Shown here in pieces: positions 38,644 through 48,063 of a stretch of DNA of 64,000 nt; position 1 is the stretch's first letter, and each line of letters opens with the position of its first letter. Made by a program: the position numbers and the translations under genes. This stretch comes from Fidelibacterota bacterium. GTDB lineage: Bacteria; Fidelibacterota; Marinisomatia; Marinisomatales; Marinisomataceae. The DNA is taken from contig OZ243041.1 in assembly GCA_965212055.1 (NCBI GenBank), positions 192,001 through 256,000 of the forward strand. Direction: 5' to 3'. A model generated the notes under the pieces. The model was not told the DNA's origin and did no database searches. It saw only the letters and a program-made list of their open reading frames with translations.

Positions 38644-39572
38644 GATTTCTTAGGCCCAGGAAAAAATATGTTCGTTGTTTCTTGATAGGATTTATAATCA
38701 GGCCGTTTTTGTGCTGAATAATACTCTGATGGCACTGCACCGGTATGATACACTAATGTCGTGTACATCAATCTAGACATAAATAGTAATCCTAAGCCTA
38801 ATAATACCCAAACAATTGGAGATTCTTTTTCATATAACATAATCCATGATGGGATAGATGCGATAATAACTCCATTCCAGACCATCCATTCAGCAAAATA
38901 GTTTGGATGGCGACTATATTTCCACAATCCAACATTACACACTTGATTTTTCTGTCCTAATCTTTTCATTTCTCTTAAAAAAGACAGTTTTTGCATATCT
39001 GCAACTGATTCCATTATAAAAGCACTGAACCATATCGCAATTCCAATGATTTCAAGTATTACAACTTGTAAACCCAATTCTTTAGGGTTACTTGTATTAG
39101 TTGCAATGATAAAAGCTGGCATTGCGAAGAAAGAAGCATTAGCTAACCCTTGTAAAATTGCTTCAATCTGCATTGCTAGAGCGGTATTGTTTTTTCCTGC
39201 TCTTTTCCAACGTCGTTTTTGATATTCATAACGAGGAAATTCTTTATTGAACATTCCTAGGCTCCACATTTTTAATGAACCCAATCCCATACGACTACCA
39301 ATAAGGATATAAATGATGCTAATAGCCATAATGCGAAGACTATCACCTTCAGCATAACACCAAGTGATGATGCCAATAAGAGCTACTCCCCATGGCCAAC
39401 CGATATCAACATATGACATACGTCCAGTACGCCATGTTGGTAAGCAAACTACCAGTAAAAATAATAATAGTTGTGATAGACCATTGATCAGACTAATTGA
39501 AGCAAATGTTTCTGTACATAATAATAAACCCCAAACTAGAAGAAATGGGAGTAAAGGAAATAAATATTTCAT
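38640..39572 (-). CDS. DUF1295 / steroid 5-alpha-reductase-like membrane protein
   Basis: YVDIGW, E..AD.QK, GLWKYSRHPNYFAE. Confidence 0.85.
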   Translation of the reverse strand: MKYLFPLLPFLLVWGLLLCTETFASISLINGLSQLLLFLLVVCLPTWRTGRMSYVDIGWPWGVALIGIITWCYAEGDSLRIMAISIIYILIGSRMGLGSLKMWSLGMFNKEFPRYEYQKRRWKRAGKNNTALAMQIEAILQGLANASFFAMPAFIIATNTSNPKELGLQVVILEIIGIAIWFSAFIMESVADMQKLSFLREMKRLGQKNQVCNVGLWKYSRHPNYFAEWMVWNGVIIASIPSWIMLYEKESPIVWVLLGLGLLFMSRLMYTTLVYHTGAVPSEYYSAQKRPDYKSYQETTNIFFPGPKKS

Positions 39573-39575
39573 TAA

Positions 39576-40412
39576 TTATAGACCAAATCCACCACCATGA
39601 CACATTAAAATCTGTCCTGTGACATAGTTAGATTCAGGAATACAAAACATATAAATAGCACCCGCAGCTTCTTGAGGCGTGCCTGGTCTTCCAAGTGGAA
39701 TCATTGTTTTTGCATATTGAAATACTGCTGAATTGACTCCTACCTTAATTTTATTGCCTTCAATATCAATAGTGGACTCTTCTTTTTCGGCATCTGCATC
39801 GGTTAATCGTGTTTTAATCAATCCAAAACCTACCGCATTGACATTGACGTTATAACGACCCCATTCTTTCGCCATAGTTTTTGCCATTCCTACTACGCCT
39901 GCCTTTGCCGTAGAGTAATTTATCTGCCCAGCATTACCATTCATGCCTGACGTAGATGAAATATTGACAACTTTTCTATAATTAGTGATTCCTTTTTCTT
40001 TGTCTTCAAGGAATAGTCTTTTAATATGAGGTTGAGCTGCACGAAGAATACGAAATGGTGCTGTTATATGACAATCAAGGATTGCTTGCCACTGTTTATC
40101 ATCCATTTTTTGAATGACATTATCCCAAGTATATCCCGCGTTATTAACAATAATGTCTAATCCGCCAAAAGTATCTAAAGCTGTATTAATAAACCGTTCA
40201 GGAAATTCATCTTCCGTTACGCTTCCATTGCATGCAACTGCTTTACCGCCCATTGCTGTAATATCTTCTACGGTTTGATTTGCTGGATCCGCATCAAGGT
40301 CATTAACCACAATATGCGCTCCATCTTTGGCTAACATTAATGCAAGTTCTCGACCAATTCCACGGCCTGAACCAGTGATTAATGCGACTTTGCCTTCTAA
40401 TTTTTTTCCCAT
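39576..40412 (-). CDS. Short-chain dehydrogenase (3-oxoacyl-ACP/CoA reductase-like)
   Basis: TGSGRGIG, NNAG, GQ.NYSTAK; start reassigned to ATG 40412. Confidence 0.9.
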   Translation of the reverse strand: MGKKLEGKVALITGSGRGIGRELALMLAKDGAHIVVNDLDADPANQTVEDITAMGGKAVACNGSVTEDEFPERFINTALDTFGGLDIIVNNAGYTWDNVIQKMDDKQWQAILDCHITAPFRILRAAQPHIKRLFLEDKEKGITNYRKVVNISSTSGMNGNAGQINYSTAKAGVVGMAKTMAKEWGRYNVNVNAVGFGLIKTRLTDADAEKEESTIDIEGNKIKVGVNSAVFQYAKTMIPLGRPGTPQEAAGAIYMFCIPESNYVTGQILMCHGGGFGL

Positions 40413-40413
40413 A

Positions 40414-41556
40414 TTAAAATCCCAACGATCTACCAATGATTTCTTTCATAATTTCATTGGTACCACCATAAATAGTTTGTACACGAGAATCAAGATAGGC
40501 TCTAGCAATAGGATATTCAAGAATGTATCCATAGCCACCATGTAGTTGCAAGCATTGGTCCACGACACGATGTTCTACATCGGTCAACCACCATTTTGCC
40601 ATTGCAGCTTTTTCAGGCGTGAGTCTCTTTTCATTTAATTCCACTACACATTGATCATAAAACGTACGACCAATTTCAGATTCAGTTGTCATTTCTGCTA
40701 GTTTGAACTTTGAATTTTGAAAACTTCCAATTTTTCGACCAAAGGCCTTACGTTCATGACAATATTCAATGGTATATTCTAATACCGCTTCTATGACTGC
40801 AATTGATGCAGCTGCAATTGATAAACGTTCTTTTGGAAGGCTTTCCATCATGTAATAAAACCCTTTTCCTTCCTCACCTAAAAGATTGTCTTTTGGTACC
40901 TTGACGTCTTTAAAGAAAAGCTCAGCTGTATCCTGTGCTTTTTGACCAATTTTTTCTAATTTTTTTCCGCGCGTAAATCCTTCCATACCACGTTCGAGAA
41001 CCAATAAACTGATTCCTTTTGCATGTTCTTTAGAATCAGTTTTTACTGCAGTGACTACCAAATCACTTAATAAACCATTGGTAATAAATGTTTTGCTTCC
41101 ATTAACAAGGTAATGATCTCCCATATCTTTTGCGTGGGTTTTGATTGCCGCTAAATCACTTCCACCACCTGGTTCAGTCATTGCTAATGCTCCAATGGTC
41201 TCTCCACTACATATCTTTGGAAACCAACGTTTTTTTTGTTCTTCATTGCCATGACGTAAAATGTATGGTACTACTAAATCATTTTGTACAGAATGTGCAA
41301 ATCCAGAGGATCCAGATTTGACTCCTTCTTCAATAAGAATAGTATTATATCGATAGTCATCAATACCCATTCCACCATATTCTTCAGGAACATCAATGCC
41401 AAAAAAATTATTTTCTCCCGCTTTTAACCATACTTCACGTGATACCTGTCCATCTTTTTCCCATTGTTCGTTATTTGGTGTTACTTCACGTGCAAAAAAT
41501 GTATTAGCTGCATCTTGAAAAATTAATTGTTCCTCTGTTAAATTCTCTTTTTTCAT
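40414..41556 (-). CDS. Acyl-CoA dehydrogenase (long-chain type)
   Basis: AMTEPGGGSD, NGSKTFITNG, R.AFG..I, QLHGGYGY, IYGGTNEI. Confidence 0.95.
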   Translation of the reverse strand: MKKENLTEEQLIFQDAANTFFAREVTPNNEQWEKDGQVSREVWLKAGENNFFGIDVPEEYGGMGIDDYRYNTILIEEGVKSGSSGFAHSVQNDLVVPYILRHGNEEQKKRWFPKICSGETIGALAMTEPGGGSDLAAIKTHAKDMGDHYLVNGSKTFITNGLLSDLVVTAVKTDSKEHAKGISLLVLERGMEGFTRGKKLEKIGQKAQDTAELFFKDVKVPKDNLLGEEGKGFYYMMESLPKERLSIAAASIAVIEAVLEYTIEYCHERKAFGRKIGSFQNSKFKLAEMTTESEIGRTFYDQCVVELNEKRLTPEKAAMAKWWLTDVEHRVVDQCLQLHGGYGYILEYPIARAYLDSRVQTIYGGTNEIMKEIIGRSLGF

Positions 41557-41646
41557 TATTTTTTCCCTTATTGTTTCAGTAAGATAGTCTACAAATTTTT
41601 TTTTAATTATTCCTTGAGAACTTTTTTAGCTTAATTTGTACTAATT

Positions 41647-41937
41647 ATGAATAAAACGATATTATTTTTGTTTTCAGCAACAGGATTGCTTGTAGTAAAC
41701 AACTTGTTTCTTTATTGGCAGTTTTTTGAGTTTGATTTGGATCTATTCTTATCAAATACCATTGGGATTGCATTATTTTTAGAAGCATTCTTATTAATGT
41801 TATTGCTTGCCTATTATTTCAAACACCATCCTATTGGTAAGTATAAATGGTATTGGTTAATTATATTGTCCTTGTTAGGGAGTTTATTGTTTGCATTACC
41901 GTTTTATTACTGGCTTAACACAAAGGATAAAAAGTAG
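41647..41937 (+). CDS. Small membrane protein (DUF2834-like)
   Basis: Three hydrophobic segments. Confidence 0.5.
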   Translation: MNKTILFLFSATGLLVVNNLFLYWQFFEFDLDLFLSNTIGIALFLEAFLLMLLLAYYFKHHPIGKYKWYWLIILSLLGSLLFALPFYYWLNTKDKK

Positions 41938-41949
41938 TAGATTGCGCTT

Positions 41950-42744
41950 ATGTCATTTGTAGATAAAACGATTATAGTAACGGGGGCTTCTTCTGGAATT
42001 GGTGCTGCAACTGCAAAACGATTCTTATCACTTGGTGCCAAAGTGTTGTTGGTTGCGAGGAATAGGGAACAGATGGAAGAAATGTTTAGTAGTTATGATT
42101 CCAACCAATATCATATCTATCCTTTTGACTTAACTAAGCTAGATCAAATCAATACATTTGTATCTGATATTATTCGAAAAGAAGGACCTATTGATATTGT
42201 ATTTAATAATGCTGGGATTAGTCAATTTGGATATTTTGAGGATTCTGATCTTTCTGTAGTAAATAAAATTATGAAATTGGACTATTTTTCTGTTGTAACC
42301 TTCACCAAAGCTATTTTACCTCATATGATTGAAAAACAATCAGGGCATATTGTAACCAATACCAGTGTTGCTGGATTAATTGGTTCTAGGAATCGTACCG
42401 CATATTCTTCAGCAAAATTTGCTTTGCATGGATTTTTTGATAGTTTACGTTCTGAAGTTGCGAGACATAATATTAATATCACGTTAATTGCGCCCGGTTT
42501 GGTACAAACGAATATTGGCAAAAATGCATTAACAAAGAGTGGCCATGCTTATGGAAAAGATGATCGTGGTCATGCCAATGGATTATCTGCAGAAGCAGCC
42601 GCAAAACAAATTATTTCTGCTGTCAAAAGAAAAAAAAGGGAAGTAATTGTTGCAAAGTGGAATGATATTGCTTGGTTAGGTATTATTTTGCGAAAATATT
42701 TTCCTTGGCTATATTTCGAGCTAGCTAAACGAATTAAAGCATAA
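41950..42744 (+). CDS. Short-chain dehydrogenase (DHRS7-like)
   Basis: TGASSGIG, NNAG, YSSAKFALHGFFDSLR.E. Confidence 0.9.
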   Translation: MSFVDKTIIVTGASSGIGAATAKRFLSLGAKVLLVARNREQMEEMFSSYDSNQYHIYPFDLTKLDQINTFVSDIIRKEGPIDIVFNNAGISQFGYFEDSDLSVVNKIMKLDYFSVVTFTKAILPHMIEKQSGHIVTNTSVAGLIGSRNRTAYSSAKFALHGFFDSLRSEVARHNINITLIAPGLVQTNIGKNALTKSGHAYGKDDRGHANGLSAEAAAKQIISAVKRKKREVIVAKWNDIAWLGIILRKYFPWLYFELAKRIKA

Positions 42745-42752
42745 GTTAGAAA

Positions 42753-43475
42753 ATGAAATATAGTATTTTAGAAGATCCACGATATCGTTACCTCTCTGAG
42801 CCTAAATCACCTCTCCTGAAGTTTTTTTCCTTCTTATTTGATTTATATGCTAACACATTATTGACGTTTTATGCTCCTGTTACTGTAACGGGGAGAGAAA
42901 ATATTCCAAAGGACACTCCATTTATCTTTTGTAGTAATCACAATAGCCATATGGATATTGCGGTGCTTGTGTATGCTACACGATTGGGATACGAACGATT
43001 TGGATTTTTAGCTGCAAAAGATTATTGGTTTGATAATAATTTCCGAAGAAGATTTTTCAAAAATTTTATTACATTAATTCCTATTGAACGAAAAAATAAA
43101 CCAGAATCTCTTGATTTGGAAGATACATTTCTTTTATCGAAAGCATTTGTTAATCGAAACAACAATATTATTATGTTTCCAGAAGGATCACGTGGAAAAC
43201 CAGGAGTAATGCAACGATTTCGAAAAGGTGCAATGAAATTTTCTACAGAATTGAATATTCCAATCGTACCAGCGGTAATTCTTGGAGCAGAAAAAGCATG
43301 GCCTCGCGGAGAACGTTTTATGCAATCTGTACCTATCAATCTTCATGTATTACCTCCGATGTATCCAGAAGATTTGTCTAAAGCGAATAAAACAGAATAC
43401 AATAAATATATTGCTAGTCAGACAAAAACATTAGAAAAGACAATTAATGAAAATTATTCTTTATTAAACAGCTGA
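42753..43475 (+). CDS. Lysophospholipid acyltransferase (PlsC family)
   Basis: NHNSHMD (HxxxxD) and FPEGSR motifs. Confidence 0.9.
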   Translation: MKYSILEDPRYRYLSEPKSPLLKFFSFLFDLYANTLLTFYAPVTVTGRENIPKDTPFIFCSNHNSHMDIAVLVYATRLGYERFGFLAAKDYWFDNNFRRRFFKNFITLIPIERKNKPESLDLEDTFLLSKAFVNRNNNIIMFPEGSRGKPGVMQRFRKGAMKFSTELNIPIVPAVILGAEKAWPRGERFMQSVPINLHVLPPMYPEDLSKANKTEYNKYIASQTKTLEKTINENYSLLNS

Positions 43476-43507
43476 ATTTTATTTGGTTGGAAAGTTCTAA
43501 AGATTTA

Positions 43508-43621
43508 TTATCCGAAAAAATGCCAAGTTTTGTTCGGCACCATTACAAAAAGAAAGAATAGAAACTGCACAAGTGCTATTAAAGCGAAAATTTTTAGTAT
43601 TGATTTTGAATTTTTGTCCAT
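43508..43621 (-). CDS. 37-aa single-TM small protein
   Basis: MDKNSKSILKIFALIALVQFLFFLFVMVPNKTWHFFG, starting 4 nt after the DUF1295 stop; not in track. Confidence 0.4.
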   Translation of the reverse strand: MDKNSKSILKIFALIALVQFLFFLFVMVPNKTWHFFG

Positions 43622-43625
43622 TATG

Positions 43626-44505
43626 TTATTTCCCAAATAACCTTCTTAATATAGTGATTTCTGGAAATAAAATATGAACCCTTTTTTGATATTCTTTATA
43701 CTCTGGTCTAGTTCTTAAGATTTTAATTTCAATCCAAGGAATGCTAGCGCCTATAAATAGAATAGTCATTGTGATTGGTGCCAGAAGAAGGTAAGTCATG
43801 CCTGCAGATTCAAAACCCATAAGGAATAAACCCCACCAAAATAAAATTTCTCCATAATAATTTGGATGTCTAGAGTAATTCCACAAACCTGTTTCAATGA
43901 CTTTTTTCTCTGTAGGATGTTTTATTCTAAAGTCATAGAGTTGTTTATCACTGATAATTTCATAAAGAACTCCAATGATACAGACTATAAAACCAAGAAA
44001 CATTAATGGAGTACCATTTGAGTTAAAACATTGTTGTATTGGCATACAACAAAAGAAGACTTGCAATGTTGGATACATATGGATTCCACCAAAATTTCCT
44101 AATAGTTGAAACTGTTTTCCCATGCTATTACGCATATCAATATAACGCCAATCTTCATGATGTAATCCTTCCCAGGTTTTCATCCAATTTGAGGTTAATC
44201 TCATGGACCAGAATAAAACAGCAATACTTAATAGAATAATAATTGGGGTCATGGTATAATTATTCTTCCAAATCCAAAAGAATAATATAAATACAGGAAT
44301 TACAGACCAATATGGATCATAGAAGGATGAATTTTTATAAGAAACACTAAAGCCATAAATAACACATGTGGCCACAACATCTGCAATAAGAATTTGCCAC
44401 ATATCTCCTAAATGTGTGACCAGCGATATTGAATAAGCTCCCAAAAAAATTGCGAGAGTATATGCACCTAATACGGTGAGAAATCCTTTAGTTTCTTTTC
44501 GTCAT
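43626..44505 (-). CDS. DUF1295 family membrane protein (likely true start 44505, one-base indel near 44496)
   Basis: NSSFYDPYWS, EDWRY, GLWNYSRHPNYYGE; upstream in-frame ETKGFLTVLGAY joins ATG 44505 if one A is removed. Confidence 0.82.
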
Positions 44506-45409
44506 TGGTGATTGATTTAATATTAATACCTTCATAGACCATATAGATATATCCTGAAATAATTGTGTACACAAAAAAGATGCTATGCATTACAATGGCT
44601 GCACTCTGTGCTTTTTCTAAATCAATTCCATAGAGGTTATGTAAGCAATAAATCACTGCCAAATGGTATGTTCCAATCGCAGCAGGGGCTAATGGCATCG
44701 AGGTGACGATACTTGATAGAATAGTTAACCCTAATACTTGTTGTATTTCTAATTCAATTCCTATGGATTGCAATGCAATGGAAACATACACAACAAATGT
44801 AGTCCATAGTAAAACAGACCACATTCCTAAGCGTAATTTGTTTGTTGATACTAGCTTGTATCCATCAATAAAGTTTTCTAGTACAGGAAAATATTGTAAT
44901 AATTTGTTAGAAATTCTATGTCGTCCAAAGATAATTAATGAACTTAAACAATATGACCCAACAAGAATCAATGTGAATTGTGTTCCTAAAACATCCGTAT
45001 ATCCAAATCCAATTAATACCATTGTAAAGAGGCCAATCATCCAAAGATCGATAATCTTTTCACCAACAAGACTACCAATTACATAACTCATTTTTATTGT
45101 TGTATCGTGATTGGATAAAAGTTTAGCACGTACCAAATCTCCAGCACGTAATGGCAGAATATTATTGAGAAAATATCCAATATGGGTCGCAGAAGAAAAA
45201 TGATGGGTGGTATAAGAACTCGGATGTCCTAATAAGGTATTCCATCGAATCGCACGGATAAGAAAAGTAAACCCCGTAATTCCAAATGCATAAATAATAT
45301 AGAGGAATTTTCCTTGCGAAAGAGTAGTAGAAATGTCATTAAAGTTAACTTGTCGAAATGCTAAATAAAGACATATCAACGATACAGCGAAAGATAAAAT
45401 TTTCTTCAA
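44468..45409 (-). CDS. Lysylphosphatidylglycerol synthase TM / flippase-like (UPF0104) protein
   Basis: RA.RW..LL, N.ILPLRAGD..R, EK..D, P.AP..IG.YH. Confidence 0.85.
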   Translation of the reverse strand: MKKILSFAVSLICLYLAFRQVNFNDISTTLSQGKFLYIIYAFGITGFTFLIRAIRWNTLLGHPSSYTTHHFSSATHIGYFLNNILPLRAGDLVRAKLLSNHDTTIKMSYVIGSLVGEKIIDLWMIGLFTMVLIGFGYTDVLGTQFTLILVGSYCLSSLIIFGRHRISNKLLQYFPVLENFIDGYKLVSTNKLRLGMWSVLLWTTFVVYVSIALQSIGIELEIQQVLGLTILSSIVTSMPLAPAAIGTYHLAVIYCLHNLYGIDLEKAQSAAIVMHSIFFVYTIISGYIYMVYEGINIKSITNDEKKLKDFSPY

Positions 45410-45609
45410 GGATCTTGGTTTTCTCTTTGAAATTCATAATTGACAATTCTTTTTTTCATGGTTTCTCCACCTTCATCTAAATGTTCTTTAGACTCAAGAG
45501 GAGATTCATAAGAAGCAGGAACCTTCGTGTTGACCTGACAATTGCTCATCAATGATAGCATTCCAGCTAGCATAACAAGAGCAATAATTGTTGGTATATG
45601 TTTAGTCAT
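45406..45609 (-). CDS. Small hypothetical exported protein
   Basis: Hydrophobic N-terminus; overlaps both neighbours by a few bases. Confidence 0.5.
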   Translation of the reverse strand: MTKHIPTIIALVMLAGMLSLMSNCQVNTKVPASYESPLESKEHLDEGGETMKKRIVNYEFQRENQDP

Positions 45610-45856
45610 TTAAATTGAAGTTTTTAAAAAACCTTGTTTGTGTTGCTAAATAAATAATCTCAATTATACCAAGTAATTGAAAAATTCCCATTAGTAAAAA
45701 CCATATTTTCTGATTTTGTCGAGCAGCAAACCATAAACCAAGTAATGTCCATACTGCTTCCCATACACCTAATACAATTACAAGAATACTAAATATCCCC
45801 GGATTTAACTCAATCCAATTTGTAATTAATTGATCAAACGATTGTAATAGTTCCAT
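45602..45856 (-). CDS. DUF5652-like small membrane protein
   Basis: W..VW...GLW.AAR..QK.WF.......GI.EIIYL; AAGGA RBS. Confidence 0.7.
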   Translation of the reverse strand: MELLQSFDQLITNWIELNPGIFSILVIVLGVWEAVWTLLGLWFAARQNQKIWFLLMGIFQLLGIIEIIYLATQTRFFKNFNLND

Positions 45857-46031
45857 TTATTATCCTTGTTAGTGGTTGAAAATCATAGCAACCACAAATA
45901 CGAATACAATTATTCCCCCAAAGATGCCGAAATAATATAGCTCAAACATGCGATATTTTAGTTATTATTTGTTTAAAACAAAATGAAAACTAAATACTAT
46001 TCTCATCTTTAAAAAAATTATAAATTTTACC

Positions 46032-46277
46032 ATGTTCAATCCAGAAACTACCCAGATTACTATTTATACAACTTCTTGGTGTGGACCATGCAAATCTGCA
46101 AAACGATTTTTATCTGATCAGGGGTTTGATTTTACAGAAATTGATATTGAAAAAGAAAATATTAGTCGAGAAGAAATGGCATCCATGACAAAAGGCCTCA
46201 GTGTTCCCCAAATTGTCATTAATTCAAAACCAATTGGTGGGTTTGAAGATTTGCTTGAATATTTTAAAAAGGGGTAA
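46032..46277 (+). CDS. Glutaredoxin (dithiol)
   Basis: YTTSWCGPC, SVPQI, IGGF. Confidence 0.88.
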   Translation: MFNPETTQITIYTTSWCGPCKSAKRFLSDQGFDFTEIDIEKENISREEMASMTKGLSVPQIVINSKPIGGFEDLLEYFKKG

Positions 46278-46332
46278 AAGGATACTTAGGTAGCCTTTTT
46301 TCATTAGTAAATTTTACTTATAAGGAGATATA

Positions 46333-46650
46333 ATGCAAAAATATATAATTGGATTAATAACTGGGATATTGTTTACTGCAAGCTTTTTTATATTGGTAGC
46401 AGCAAAATCTATGGCTGATCATACTCATGATGCAGACGAAATCAATTATTCAGAATATAGTTATGGTGGTTGGGGGACATTACAAAAGAAAATCGAAGAT
46501 ATGGATGATGAAATTGAATCTATTGCTGATCATACTCATGATGCAGACGAAATCAATTATTCAGAATATAGTTATAGCGGTTGGGGAACATTACAAAAGA
46601 AAATCGAAGATCTTGATGATGACAAAGCAGACGAAGACCATACACATTAA
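46333..46650 (+). CDS. Membrane-anchored small protein with two 37-aa HTH-containing repeats
   Basis: N-terminal TM; ADHTHDADEINYSEYSY(G/S)GWGTLQKKIED twice, terminal KADEDHTH; AAGGAG RBS. Confidence 0.75.
   Translation: MQKYIIGLITGILFTASFFILVAAKSMADHTHDADEINYSEYSYGGWGTLQKKIEDMDDEIESIADHTHDADEINYSEYSYSGWGTLQKKIEDLDDDKADEDHTH
46414..46647 (+). repeat. 111-bp period intragenic direct repeat
   Basis: gctgatcatactcatgatgcagacgaaatcaattattcagaatatagttat at 46414 and 46525. Confidence 0.92.
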
Positions 46651-46669
46651 TGCATATGAACTATATTGA

Positions 46670-47413
46670 TTAATTTTCTTTGCTATGGCTTAGGAGCCAT
46701 TCATAAAGATTATTATTTTCATATGTTCTGGTCCATGAGTCATGATTAGCATCTGGATAGAGAGTATATTTAATATTCCCTCCAATTTCTTCAATCGCAC
46801 GCACCATCTTTTCTGATTCATATGAAGGAACCACCTTGTCTTTTCCTCCATGAAATACCCAGATTGGAACATCTTTAATACTATCAGGAATATCAAGACC
46901 AGGAACTCCACCACCACAGATAGGAACAGCGGCTGCAAATAAATCTGGCCTTTCACTTAATAAGCTCCAAGTTCCATATCCTCCCATGCTTAATCCAGTG
47001 ACATATATTTTGTCTTTATCCACCCGATAGTTATCTATTACTGATTCAAGAAGTACAATCAGATCCATTTGCATTGCTTGATCAGTCCATACGTGATCAA
47101 TGGGGCATTGTGGTGATATTGCAATGAAAGGAAAAGTATCTGTTTCCTCTGAGATTTTAGGGATACCATGAATTTTGATCAATTCCAAATTATCTCCTCT
47201 TTCTCCCATACCATGTAAGAAAAGAATCAGCGGCCATTCCTTTTCACGGTGTTCTTGGTATTCATTAGGAAGGAAAAAAAGATGATCTAACCCATCATCC
47301 ACTTCAATTTTTATATTCGTACCTTCAGGATATTTATTTTCACATCCTTGATTTGATAGAGAAATAATTAAACAGAGAATAATTATAAAGTTATAATTTT
47401 TTATGTGTACCAT
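46670..47413 (-). CDS. Carboxylesterase/predicted peptidase (COG4099-like alpha/beta hydrolase)
   Basis: PLILFLHG.GERG, TGLSMGGYG, W.FHG.KD..VP, HDSW; start reassigned (track 47557 overlaps CDGSH gene). Confidence 0.85.
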   Translation of the reverse strand: MVHIKNYNFIIILCLIISLSNQGCENKYPEGTNIKIEVDDGLDHLFFLPNEYQEHREKEWPLILFLHGMGERGDNLELIKIHGIPKISEETDTFPFIAISPQCPIDHVWTDQAMQMDLIVLLESVIDNYRVDKDKIYVTGLSMGGYGTWSLLSERPDLFAAAVPICGGGVPGLDIPDSIKDVPIWVFHGGKDKVVPSYESEKMVRAIEEIGGNIKYTLYPDANHDSWTRTYENNNLYEWLLSHSKEN

Positions 47414-47627
47414 CGCAATACGGTGAATTTCCAGTAGCCTTGCAACCACACCAAGCAATATTACTTTCTTTCTCATTATGTACAAGTATTGGTGAAAAAT
47501 CAGTGCCTTTATGGCTTCCATCACAGAATGGTTGATTAGTGGATTCACCACAAGCACACCAATAATATTTTTTCTTTTCTCCTTTTAGTACATAGGGAGA
47601 TTTTTGTGCAATTACAGCTTTACTCAT
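47391..47627 (-). CDS. CDGSH iron-sulfur (NEET, MiNT/CISD3-like) protein
   Basis: Two motifs: WCACG.S..QPFCDGSH and WCGCK.T...PYCDGTH. Confidence 0.93.
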   Translation of the reverse strand: MSKAVIAQKSPYVLKGEKKKYYWCACGESTNQPFCDGSHKGTDFSPILVHNEKESNIAWCGCKATGNSPYCDGTHKKL

Positions 47628-48054
47628 TATTTTTTCTAACTTTTTTTAATACATCTCTTAAAATGGTGCTAGATGTATGGGTTGTATAGGAGAAATAGAT
47701 AATTTCAACGTTATATTTACTGAAATCTTTTTCTATTTGAATCCATTCTTTGGTGCCTTTCCAATCATCGCCAACAAACATCCTATCAAACTTTAGCTTG
47801 TTCCATGCTTCCATCTTATTATAGCTGGTTTGTGGAACCACTTCATCAACAAATTTAATTGATTCAACAATTTCCATTCTTTCTTCAAACGGAATAAAAG
47901 GTTTTTCTCCTTTGATTGACATTGCAAGTTCATCGGTTGTGATTCCCACAATCAAATAATCACATTCAAGTCTTGCTCTCTTTAATATATTGAGATGGCC
48001 AATATGAAATAGATCAAATACACCTGTTGTATAACCAATTTTTTTCATAATCAC
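47620..48054 (-). CDS. Glycerol-3-phosphate cytidylyltransferase-like (TagD family)
   Basis: GVFDLFHIGH, GDDW, SST motifs. Confidence 0.88.
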   Translation of the reverse strand: MIMKKIGYTTGVFDLFHIGHLNILKRARLECDYLIVGITTDELAMSIKGEKPFIPFEERMEIVESIKFVDEVVPQTSYNKMEAWNKLKFDRMFVGDDWKGTKEWIQIEKDFSKYNVEIIYFSYTTHTSSTILRDVLKKVRKNNE

Positions 48055-48063
48055 CTAAGATAC

